The notes under the pieces are model-generated. The model made no database searches. It saw only the letters and a list, made by a program, of their open reading frames with translations, and was not told the origin of the DNA. Positions 13,325 through 24,673 of a stretch of DNA of 64,000 nucleotides are shown here, one piece after another (position 1 is the first letter of the stretch; each line of letters starts with the position of its first letter). The DNA is from Vezdaea acicularis (lineage: Eukaryota): NCBI GenBank assembly GCA_026025075.1, contig JAPEUI010000014.1, positions 1 through 64,000 of the forward strand. The letters run 5' to 3'. The position numbers and the translations under genes were made by a program.

Positions 13325-14457
13325 TCATTGTCCCTCAGCCTTGGGCTGTATCAGGTCCTTTCTTTCCTCTAGTTCAATCGTCTGTTTGAAGTCTGGTCGA
13401 GGAAGCTCTAAACCCTCGGTGGTCCGACTGTAGGTGATCCCTCCGAGCCGACTCATGGGCTTCAGAACCTAGCACTTCTTTAGTATCTTTCCCCCCCGAA
13501 GATATGACCTTGTTGGGAACTCTTACCGCAGGATCTATCAAATTCTTCTCGTCGTTAATGGCGTCCTCTCGGACCCAGAATCGGACCCCTTCAATGATCG
13601 CCATCACACCAGTCTTACTCCCTTTATTCACTCTACTTTCAAATTCTTTTGTGTCCATCAATTTACCTTCAATCGAGAAGACCGATTCCTTGACTCGCGA
13701 TGGCTTTACATCTTTGGAAGGCGCCGGGTGAAGGCCTGAGATCACCCATTCCGAAACTCCGTACGGCGAATTTATAGACGTTGCGTTTGCAGCCTCTACA
13801 AAATGCTCTGATATCATGTTGATCGTACCTTCTCACGTGCATTAGCTTCTGCCTTGTTGCAAAAGTCAATCTTACTTTCTCACATTCTCCAGTATCAACA
13901 AGGTTTCTCAAGGTATCCTTCGCCTTGTCGAAGCCGCCAGAAAATCCGACGACGAGCACAACAGGATCATGGTTGACGACTGCTATCTGTCAGTCTGCCC
14001 AGTCATTCCTGATGAATGCCGTCATACCTTGCGTGTAACTCATAGGTGCAAGGTTTGTTGACTTTCCTGTCTATACGTTAAAGGTGACACGCTATGTGGT
14101 ATACTTGAACTGACCATCCTTCGACACTGTACTGATGAAGCCAATCGGACGCGGAATGACACCAGATATGAGGAGCTTGTAATTAGATACAGAAGGGCCT
14201 ATATGAAGGTCAGTCTGCACCTCTACTCAAAACCCTTCCCACGTACGGCCTTCCTCATAAGGATCAATGTCGATGTGTTTCTTCTTCAAGCTTGCACCCC
14301 CGTCGTTGCCACCAGACCCCAGCTTCCAATCCGGGTCCACGGTCTTCGAAAACGACCATTGCTTGGGTTGGAACGGCGGTCGAGATTCTTCGACCTTTTT
14401 GAAATCTGGATGCGGGTTACGCTTTATAGTGGCCTCGGAGTCCAGTTTGTGAGACAT
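13325..14457 (-). CDS. Flavin reductase-like / flavoprotein oxygenase (FMN-binding split barrel)
   Basis: RNPHPDFKKVEESRP, YKLLISGVIPRPIGFIST, NLAPMSY, KDTLRNL and MSRLGGITY motifs joined over five short introns. Confidence 0.85.
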
Positions 14458-14466
14458 GCCGAAGGC

Positions 14467-14497
14467 TCGTAGACTGGTCGTAGACTGGTCGTAGACT
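14467..14497. repeat. 11-bp tandem repeat (TCGTAGACTGG, about 3 copies) just upstream of the flavin-reductase-like ATG
   Basis: tcgtagactgg tcgtagactgg tcgtagact read directly. Confidence 0.8.
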
Positions 14498-14982
14498 TGA
14501 GCCAAACACGCCCAGAACAATTGAATCTATTGTAGTTCAATTAAGTAGATCTATGGCTGCTATTCAATGTCTATGTATACCTATGAACCTTCCGCAAATT
14601 TCCGCTCGTTACCAATCGCATTGACGTGATTCATGTGATATGTTCGATATCGGAGATCAAATCGGATCTCGGCCCATGCCCGCAACGTCATTACTTCTCC
14701 GCGCTCTCGCTGCGGAAGCGAAGAGCAGATCCCGCATGCATCCCAGCGCTTGTATGGTGCCGGAGTGCGCTTTATGTGCATCGCAACTAGCCCGGCATCG
14801 ACGAAGGGAATCGTTGCCTCCTATAGGACAACCCTGGAGTATATGAACTCAGGTACGAGGGAATGAGCTTGTGTCACTCCGATGGGATCTCTCACCAGCC
14901 AACCCCCTCTTGCTACTCTTGTGGTACATGACCATTACGGCACCCGCAGAAACATAATTGTTCGAGTACAACCATTGCGGCG

Positions 14983-16305
14983 ATGGCTTCGGACGAATAT
15001 GAAGTTTACAAGCTAGGTGACTTCAAATTGCAGTCGAGGAAGGTCCTGCCAGATGCTCATATCGCATACACCACCTTTGGGGAGAGCAAGCTACCCGCGA
15101 TCATCTACCCGACATGGTTCTCCGGAGGTAACTTTCGTGCTCCCATGTAGCCAATGCGCATATGACGGTCTTTGCTAATAGGTATTTCGAGAGAACAGCG
15201 CTGTCTGACAATTTCTGGCTGATTGGCCCCGACAAGGCCTTGAACCCGGAGAAATACTACATCATTGTCCCCGCGCTCTTCGGCAACGGACAATCCTCCT
15301 CCCCATCGAATACCTCGCTCGACCAACCCTTTCCCGCTTGTACGCTGTACGATAACGTCCGCGCGCAGTATGAGCTCGTCACGAAGAAACTCAACGTCTA
15401 CCACGCGCGCGTCATTCTGGGTTGGTCCATGGGCGCGCAGCAGACGTATCAATGGGCGACCCAGTACCCCGATTTTATGGATTGTATAGTGCCCTTTTGC
15501 GGCTCGGCGAGGACGTCGCTGCATAATCAGGTCTTCTTAGAGGGCGTCAAATCCGCGTTGCTGGCTGCGAGGGGGGAGAGGTCGGCGGGGTCCGGGGATG
15601 GTTGGGTTCCTATTGGACGTGTGGGGGCGGAGAAGGCTCGGACGTGGACGGAGGATGCGAAGCAAGTCGGTTTGAAGGCGTTCGGACGCGCGTATGCTGG
15701 GTGGGGCTTTAGTCAGACTTTCTATCGAAAGAAGCTTTATGAGTCGTACCTCGGATATAAAAGCCTTGAGGACTTCATGGCTAACTTTTGGGAAGCATGG
15801 GCTTGTTCCAAAGGTACGTTGTCAGGCACTCTAAGCGTCTTACGAGGCTAACACTTTGCGTAGATCCTGAAAATCTGTTGGTGATGCTGCAGACGTGGCA
15901 GAACGGTGACTGTTCGAAACAACCGCCATATAATGGAAACTTTGAAAAGGCCATGCGGGGCATCAAGGCAAAAGCCTTGGTCCTTCCAGGCCAAACAGAT
16001 CTTTATTTCCCGTAAGCCTTAGGGTTACCAACCGCTACTTTTGCGTCGTCAACTATTAGCTAACCAGTAATTCTAGTCCCGAAGATTCCGAGTATGAGGT
16101 AGAAAACATGACGGAAGGGGTCGGTAAGGTGGAGCCGATACCAAGCATCTGGGGCCACTGGGCGGGCGGCCCTGGACTATGCAAAGAGGACGTAAAGTTT
16201 ATTGACGAGAAGATTAAGGGGTTCCTTTATGAGGCAGTTGAGCAGTACCTTGAGGGCGCTGCTAAACGAGGTCCAAAAAGCATAAGGCTGCCTCTCAGAA
16301 CTTAG
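14983..16305 (+). CDS. Alpha/beta hydrolase of the homoserine O-acetyltransferase family
   Basis: LGDFKLQS, YPTWFSG, FGNGQSSSPSN, nucleophile elbow GWSMG, DLYFP and SIWGHWAGGP motifs. Three introns. Confidence 0.85.
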
Positions 16306-16690
16306 CCCTAGCGAAATAATCATGAGGTATTGGGTCGTCATATGTCTAGTGTATAAGGATATGATTCTCAAATTTGGCGTCTTTTGGTCGGTAAAAAGTG
16401 AAGCAGGTTTCAATGGGACGACTTGAAAACCGTGTACGAAAATAGATGTCATATGATTGCCTACGATTACGGTAAAATAGAACCTTCATTAACAAATGCT
16501 GAAAATTAAGCTGTCCATCCAAAAGCATTTGTATGATGCGGGTAATCCACCTTCCAAGGGCTGACAGCCCTAGCGCCAAGACCACGGTCGGTAAGCGAAT
16601 CTCGACATCGCGACTTTTGATTTCCACGCACGATCTCCAATTTATCGACACCATCCAGCGACTGCGACAGGACGCAGCTCATTGCCCGTC

Positions 16691-17303
16691 ATGTGTAAGT
16701 TAGCTCTGTCTTGAAACTCATATGCCCTGCTTGCGAGGGCTTCACAAAGACTACGACGAATACTGATGGTCGTTGCGCAGCTCTCGTTACCGGCGAGAAG
16801 TCGAATTTCCAGTTCATCCTTCGGCTTCTTAACACCAATGTCGAAGGCAAGCAAAAGGTCATGTACGCTCTGACTAAGATCAAGGGTGTTGGTCGTCGGT
16901 ACTCGAACTTGGTCTGCAAGAAGGCGGACGTTGATCTCAACAAGCGGTGCGATTACAGCTTCTTTCCAACCTTTATGAATGCCCATCTAACATTTCTCCA
17001 TCCAGTGCCGGTGAACTCACCTCTGAAGAACTCGAGCGAATCGTCACCATCATCCAAAACCCTACCCAATACAAAATTCCCTCATGGTTCCTCAATCGTC
17101 AACGCGATATTGTGGATGGCAAGGACAGCCAGGTTCTGGCAAATAATGTTGACAGCAAACTCCGTGATGATCTGGAGCGACTGAAGAAGATCCGGGCCCA
17201 TCGCGGTCTCCGCCATTACTGGGGTCTTAGGGTCAGGGGTCAACATTCCAAGACCACCGGTCGGAGAGGAAGGACTGTTGGTGTAAGCAAGAAGAAGGGT
17301 TAG
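16691..17303 (+). CDS. RPS18: 40S ribosomal protein S18 (uS13)
   Basis: [22 protein letters not shown]...[31 protein letters not shown]. Introns after ATGT and at about 16948-17005. Confidence 0.97.
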
Positions 17304-17638
17304 AGACTTGTGTGAGGATATGGAACCGGCTATTGAGGGGTGGAGGGAATGGCTGGATCTTGTTGAAGGACTTTTTTAAAGACTTGCATTATCGAGAAGA
17401 CGTCTTGTCAAAGATGAAACCACCAATTGCATAGTTTGCCTAGGAAGATCCCTCAATCATGACACCAATATTCTACACTCGACGTTCAGTCACTTTAATA
17501 TCCCTCTGCACTTTAGTAATCTGAGAAAGGTCTTTTCAATGTCCAAATACGCTACTTTCGCTATGAGGGTTATCTAACAATGCCGAAACTCCATTTTATG
17601 CCCGCTAAGAAGCAGTGCCTTTCAAAGACATCATATCG

Positions 17639-18689
17639 TCAATCATCTTCGTGAACAACAGCCATGTCCAGCACTTCAACCCTGCCCTTTCCTCTAGTCT
17701 CCGTTCCCATGAAGTCCCCAAGTCCTTTGAAGGCCCCTGGTTCCACAAATCCAATCGCCTCCCACTCCTCTCCAATGAAGTCTTGGGACTCGACCTGCTC
17801 CACATAGCTCAGTATCCTGTCTTTGACAGTGCCCTTGGCTTTCTCCTCGGGAGCATCATCGTCCCCACCAGCAGGCTTCTCGGCCACGCTCTTCACAGCC
17901 TGCTTCAAGATAGCCGTGGGACAAGTGATCCTCAGCCGCATCCGCGCCCTCGCCACCGGAATCGGCTGGTGCGCAATCAACGCCTTCATAGCATCCAGCG
18001 CCTGACTCTTCGCGCTCTTCGTAGCCACCACGCCCGTCCAGTGCGCCTCCTTCACCTTCGGCTTTGCCTCCCCCTCCTCCCCTCCTTCCGCCGTCGCAGT
18101 CCCACCCTGGTTAGGCGTACCTTTCTCATGCGGCTGCGCGCCATGGGAGCTCAACTCCGCCAGCGCCTTCTCGATCATGCCGGAAGTATAGACGCGCTTC
18201 GTCCGCGGATCAACCAGCTTCCCGGCCACAATATCCACGACCTCATTGTGCACGCGCTCGAGCTGGGCATGCCGCTCTTTCTCCCCGACTTGCAGCTCGC
18301 CCTTTTTCAGGATCTCGAGGATGATGTCGTTGAGCGCTGTTTTGGCGCCGAAGGACTTGGCGAGGTCTTCCTTTGGGGCGGTCTGCCCTTTGCTGACGGA
18401 GAGGAAGACGTTCGGGATTTGGAGAACGTTGTCGAGGTCGGTTTCGTTGCCGCTTCGGTATTCGAGCACTTTGTTCTTGTAGCAGGCTATTTCGTACCGT
18501 TTCTTGCCTTGGGGTGTGTTAAAAATTGGCCTGGGGGAAACGTGGAAATAGTGGGGTTTGACCTTTTTTCATACGCACCAGAGATACATTTGTGAGCTTG
18601 ATTTGGTTTGAAGGCTACATCATACGTAGTTAGCCAGGGTCTCCTGCACATAATAAATTTACGGATATATCAACCAGATTGATAGGCAT
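17639..18689 (-). CDS. SDO1: Ribosome maturation factor SDO1/SBDS
   Basis: MPINL|PSNQIKLTNVSLVRMKK|GKKRYEIACYKNKV, ILKKGELQVGEKER and KSAKSQAL motifs. Two introns. Confidence 0.95.
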
Positions 18690-19133
18690 TTTGGCTCAAA
18701 TGGCTTCTTTCTTGGAAATTTGTGGATCGGTTTTCAGATGTTACGGTGAAGACCCCGCTATGAATTGAGTGTTTGCATTGCTCGCACGTGATGGCGTACC
18801 GGCGGCTTCCGTTCCGCGCCGCTGATGCTGGTTTCAAGAGTACGTAACCGGCTGCCTCGCCAACCTTGCACCAACCATCCACTTCCCGCATCTGTTATCA
18901 GAGCTCTTCTTGCATCAGTTCACCTGCTTTCAAGATATTACCCAGGTGGCTATCAAGGTTTGAGCTGGCTTCCACATCTTTTTATCATTTCTAGAATATC
19001 CTCACCACGGCTGTGGCCAAGTCCCTCATCTAGGTGGTCGAGTATACAAGCGTTAGCTTATCTCGCTGGTCATCCATCTAACTCGACTTCAACCACGGGA
19101 TTTCTTTAATCAACATTCCCGCTAGTGTGCATC

Positions 19134-20825
19134 ATGAGACTTCTTGCATCGACTCTGCTCCTGGGAGCAGCTTCGGCTGGGCTTCCACCGCTTCAGCGAG
19201 TCCTTCAGTCGCCGCTGGAGACGGTCGAAAAGGCCTCAGCTGAGAAGCCATGGGAGAAGCCGCTGTATGAGTTCAAGAACGCCATCGATGGCTTCTCGGC
19301 TGATGCGATGGCTGCTTGGGATGAAGTAGCAGAGCTCTTCCCAGAGGCGATGCAGCGCGCATCGGCTCCGTTCAAGCCAAAACCCAATAGACGCCGGCCG
19401 AACAGTGAATGGGACCACGTCGTGAAAGGTGCCAATATTCAGTCATTGTGGGTTTTAAATGAGGATGACGAGCCGGAGCGTACCGTTGGTGGGAGGCTCG
19501 AGCAATATAACCTACGTGCCAAGCATGTTGACCCGAGTGTATTGGGCATTGACAATGTCACCCAGTACAGTGGGTATCTAGATGACGAGGAGAACGACAA
19601 GCATCTCTTCTATTGTAAGCGTCTGTATATCTAACTTTAATAACTAGACTAACGACTTTCAGGGTTCTTTGAATCCCGAAATGATCCCAAGAATGACCCG
19701 GTCGTCCTATGGTTGAACGGCGGCCCGGGTTGCTCATCGCTGACCGGCCTGTTCCTCGAGCTTGGACCTTCATCCATCGACAAGGACTTGAACACGAAGT
19801 GGAACCCATATTCGTGGAATGCGAATGCTTCTGTCATCTTCCTCGATCAGCCCGTCAACGTCGGCTATTCATACAGCGGCCAGGCCGTTAGCAACACTAT
19901 CGCTGCCGGCAAGGATGTATATGCCCTCCTTACGCTCTTCTTCATGGAGTTCCCGGAATACGCAAAGCAAGACTTCCATATTGCCGGGGAATCATATGCG
20001 GGCCATTACATCCCGGTCTTCGCGTCAGAGATCCTGTCTCACAAGAAGAGGAACATCAACCTACAGTCCATCCTTATCGGAAACGGTCTAACTGATGGCC
20101 TCACCCAGTACGAGTACTATAAGCCCATGGGCTGTGGTGAGGGTGGCTGGCCAGCTGTCTTGGACGAGAACGAATGCCAAGCAATGGAGAACGCCTACCC
20201 GCGATGCGCTCAATTGATTGAGACCTGCTACAGCAGTGAAAGCGTCTGGTCTTGTGTGCCCGCTTCCATCTATTGCAATAACGCCATGATCGGACCATAC
20301 CAGCGTACGGGACAGAACGTTTACGATGTTCGCGGAAAATGCGAAGACAGCGGCAACCTGTGTTACACTCAACTTGGATGGATCAGCGATTACCTCAACA
20401 AGAAGGAAGTCCAGCATGCGCTTGGTGTAGAGGTCGATGGATACGAGAGCTGCAACTTCGACATCAACAGGAACTTCCTGTTCCAGGGAGATTGGATGCA
20501 GCCATTCCACCGCCTTGTCCCAGCTCTCATCGAGAAGCTTCCCGTACTGATCTACGCCGGCGACGCCGACTATATCTGCAACTGGCTTGGCAACAAGGCC
20601 TGGATGGAAGCCCTCGAGTGGCCCGGCCAGAAGAAATTCAACAAGGAGAAGATGGCCAAGCTTGTCTTGACGGAAGGCGGCAAGCAGTTCGGCGAGTATA
20701 AGACTAGCGGAAACTTCACGTTTGTCAAAGTCCACGCTGCGGGTCACATGGTGCCGCTAGATCAGCCGGAGGCTAGTTTGGACATGTTCAATAGGTGGTT
20801 GGATGGCGAGTGGTGGGAGACTTAA
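19134..20825 (+). CDS. PRC1: Carboxypeptidase Y (S10 serine carboxypeptidase, prepro-enzyme)
   Basis: Signal peptide, [26 protein letters not shown] and AGHMVP motifs. One intron at about 19616-19662. Confidence 0.95.
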
Positions 20826-21469
20826 GGGCGCCCTTCTGTAGGCTGTCTTTCGATAGAAAGGGTTGTTGGGCATGTTCTTTTGTATGTAAGAATTGACTAT
20901 GATATCATTTTGCTGGTGTGACACTTCCTCTTCTCTTTTGTATGGATAGCCACTAGAATGTGTATTTGTGTGCATACTAGCAAGCCTAGTTGCTTTGAAC
21001 TGCCATTTCCTGTCCTTAATTTTGCTTCGTCTTGTGCAAGACGCCATAAAGCCTCGTTCACGCAACGGGGGATGCTCCGTATTATTGCTGGGGTCTCGAT
21101 ACCCCAGCGGCCTAACGCGTATAGTTAATTTCCAAAGAGTTTTCTTCAAGATGGTGGTCAAGCCATTTTGAATATGGGAGTTGTCCCATGTTCTGAGGGA
21201 AGTCTTCTTATACATGGCGCCTTGGTTCTATTTTGTTTCCGGGAGTTCTCCCATACGCTAGGAAGTCTCCTAATACGTGTCGGACAATAGCACCTTGGGT
21301 TCTATTTTGTTTTCAGGGGATGTCCATTGTGGCTGTGTGGCATTACGTGGAAACCCTCCCCTTACCCCGCTCACGCGTTGAACGTAAACGTCCAAGCCTC
21401 TCTTTCTTTTCTCTCATCTATCTCATTCATCTCATCCGTTTCTTCCATCTCTTCCAATTCGATTCAACA

Positions 21470-22056
21470 ATGTCTGAAAGAGCCCCTCCCCCCCACCGAA
21501 CCACCCCTGCCCGCAACCGAACCGCCTCCAACCCACCAATTCAACTCCTCCCCGCCCCCATCACCGGCCCCCCCATTCCCATGCTTGCCGCGATCGAGAC
21601 CGTGATCCTCGAGCTGGACAGCATGCACACGGCCCTCCAAGCCCTCAGCGCCGAGATGCGGGATGCGGCTGCCAACCACGTGGACGCAGTGGCCTGGGAG
21701 TCATATCGAGGCGTCCATGCCGACGTTGCCGCTACCGCCTCACAGCGGGATGAGATGCCGCTTCATACTGCGATGATGGATGTGGTGAGTGGCTTGCTCT
21801 ACGATGAGCTCTGGGTTATACTAATTTGGGTTTCTAGAGTGGGAGACGCTATGCTGACCAGTCAGATCAGTGATGCTGGCACGTTTGGTCGTCCCGCCAG
21901 GGCTACCGACGTCGCTGCTCATGCTTCTACGGATGTGGATGAGGTGAGTTGTTCGTGTTTTCAGAAACGGGGGAACTCTCAGAATTGACAACTGCTTTGA
22001 AGCACGATAATAAATTTTCGAACGATAACGGGCATAAAAAGACAGGAGGAGTATAA
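21470..22056 (+). CDS. Putative small orphan protein
   Basis: ATG in ACAATG context after a CT-rich leader, GTGAGT donors at 21785 and about 21944 with plausible branch and acceptor sites. No recognisable domain. Confidence 0.4.
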
Positions 22057-22212
22057 CGGGATGGATGGAAGGGTGGATGAGTGGAAGTATAGATGGTGTT
22101 TATTCAATTCATAGAGGCTTGCTCAGTACTTTTCCATTGCAGGTCTATAGTATCTAGCGCCGTTTACCGTCCCGTCTATGTATCCATACTTGTGCTTTTC
22201 CACTCATAAAGT

Positions 22213-22823
22213 TTACTCTATCTCGCGTGTGATATTCACGACAATCACCCCGTTTGCTATTTGGGAACAGTTTCCCGCTCCATTGACCAACTGTCCGCAC
22301 GTAAAACCCTCTTTACTTGTTGAGTTGTTACTCGCTGCAATGGAGGTATTCCCAAAAGTAGTGGTCGTGTACGTGTCTGGTACCCCACGTGTGCTATTCC
22401 TGCAACCCAGGTGTTAGAAATGGGTTTCAATATGTATAGTAATTCACTTCAAAAGCACATGACATACTCTATAGTAAACATGTTATGCTTCAGCTCAATC
22501 TCAAAGTGACCGATATCCTTATACGAAGAAGAGTTCTTAGTGACGTCTCCCGAGTCGCTGCTGGAGTCATAGAAGCGCCATCCGAAGTTAGGGTCGAAGC
22601 AGGGGGCTGTTTGGGTCGAGGGCGACGAGGCGTTGTAGGTGGAGTTGCAAGTGGTGGAGGCGTTTGTGGCGGAGTCGGTTATGGTGAAGGAGATGCTGGC
22701 GTTGGAGGAGGGGGTGGTCCGGCTGGTGGAGAGGTGCGTGATGAGGAAGGTGGTTGGGAGGACGGGAGAGCAGGTTATGAGGGTACAGAGGGCAAGGAAG
22801 GTGGCGGCGAGGAAGGGCTTCAT
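22213..22823 (-). CDS. Small secreted 4-Cys protein, possibly Alt a 1/AA1-like fold
   Basis: Signal peptide MKPFLAATFLALCTLITCSP, then ISFTITD...TTC...PCFDPNFGWRF...EIELKH. An intron at about 22465-22400 leads to exon 2 ending GFTCGQLVNGAGNCSQ...NITREIE*. Confidence 0.7.
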
Positions 22824-24673
22824 GGCGAACGCACAGGGGGCAGGTTGGGCAGCCTGGTTGATCGCAAGATTTGAGGTTACAACGTCAAAGAATGTTGGGC
22901 GGTTGCTAGAGCAGATATTGCTATTGGCACCTCATATATCTTGGATCCGGAGGATTTTGAAAAATTGGGAATAGGTAAGTGGACGAGGAGACGGACCCAA
23001 CGCTTGAGGTTTCAGATACAAACACACTGCCATGTTTCAGTGGTTCAACGCGTATGCGTAGATGAGGCCCTTGCGTTAAAGTGCGCGTTGTTCAGAATCT
23101 TAAATTGCCGCAGGGGCCTTGTTCTTTTTTCGCGAGGAACGTTGGGTGCGTCATGGCCACTTTGTGAGAATATTCCCACAGGAAAAGAAAGAAGACATAG
23201 AAGACATGAGACAGAAAATGAGAGATGCTGATTGCGATGCTAGCAATCAAGCTAGCAACTGGTAAGTAAATGAAGTCTGGCGATATTCAGAAGGTTATTT
23301 TGAATATCCTGTCATCCGACGCATCATATCCGTGAATGCTCATACATTCAAAACTACCGTGAGAAGCACCGTCGAGCCTCTTTACCGAAGACGCTCCCAT
23401 TGCCGATACCAGTGTTGCCTCTCGATCTCGGATCTTTGCTCCTGGTATAGCATTCCAGAGAGCGCTCGTCCGTCTGCATCCTTGCCGCGTTTGAGAATCT
23501 TGGAAAACTATTGAGATTGAAGACCAAGAATAGCAAGTGAAAAGAATAGCATCCACTTCGTATGCGTAATTCCGTCGATACCACGTGAACCTGCTTCAGA
23601 GAAAGCTGATGATCTGTCCTGCATCACCTTGACGCTATGACAGGATAAGAAACCATTGAACGACGACCGAGGCAACCGAACTGGCTTCTAGTTTCGATGG
23701 CGCTTTTTAGCCTCGGAAAACGAGGGTCGAGACGGAGACAGCCTTCTGAAACCTGAGTCTGGAAGTGCGGTTGGGGTACTGGCCTCTAAAAATAGATGAA
23801 CAAAGCAATGGCCATTTGTCGATCGTGATCTCCATTGATTAGCGTCGCTCATGGCGTTTTCTTCGTATGAAAGACGAGCGACTCTCGAGGGCGCGATATG
23901 GCGTCGGAGAGTTCTTCAAGTCCGCCAATCGAGACTGCTTGCTCGTATGTTGTATGAGCTTGGACGACGTTGTGCATACAGAGATGAAAGGACACCGGCA
24001 TCCACCAGACGAAACGCACGAAGCCATGGCTTGCACAGCCTTCTCGCTCACCGTTGCCCATGCCTGCACTATGCCAGAACCGACTCTCTTTCGCAACGTT
24101 GCTCAGGCTGCAAAAGAGCGGCGTGGATGTCTGGATGAGAGGGGCGATCCGATGAACTGTCAAGCTGGATCTAGCTGCGTCCGTTATCGTGATATCAAGT
24201 TGGACTGGCGGGCTTCCCCCATCAACAGAGTAACTCCATATGTACGAGTGAAGGCCGAGGATGAAACCATTGCTCCCGCTGCTCCATGATCTGTCTGCAG
24301 CGTCTGCTTACGTCTCATTGTAAGCAGTGCCGTTGCATGTCTCTCCAGGAAGCCGTGCGGGGCGACAAGTAGCATCGGAGCCTCCCCAAGCGATCACTCT
24401 CCCATTGCTACAACCCCTCAGCGGCCGTTTCCCTATATGCGGCTTGCGCTATCGTATCCTCGCAGCGTGCAGCTCGCAGCCTCACGCCTCCTTCTCCTGT
24501 CGACTCTCCGTCTCCCCTTTCGCGCGCAGCTATTCCACAATCTTGACTCCTTTCACTCCCAATCGGGAGCTAACGAGCGCGCCTTGGCGTAACCCGGCTG
24601 CGAGGTTGAACTCCTCATATGTAACACCCATCGAAACCACAACGGCGTTGCGGCATCTTCGAGATCCATATCA

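Noticed and set aside
17615..18595. 326-aa ORF on the + strand
   Set aside because: Antisense shadow of the SDO1 coding sequence.
23867..24289. 140-aa ORF starting MKDERLSRARYG
   Set aside because: No motif or signal peptide, and it overlaps equally long ORFs in other frames.
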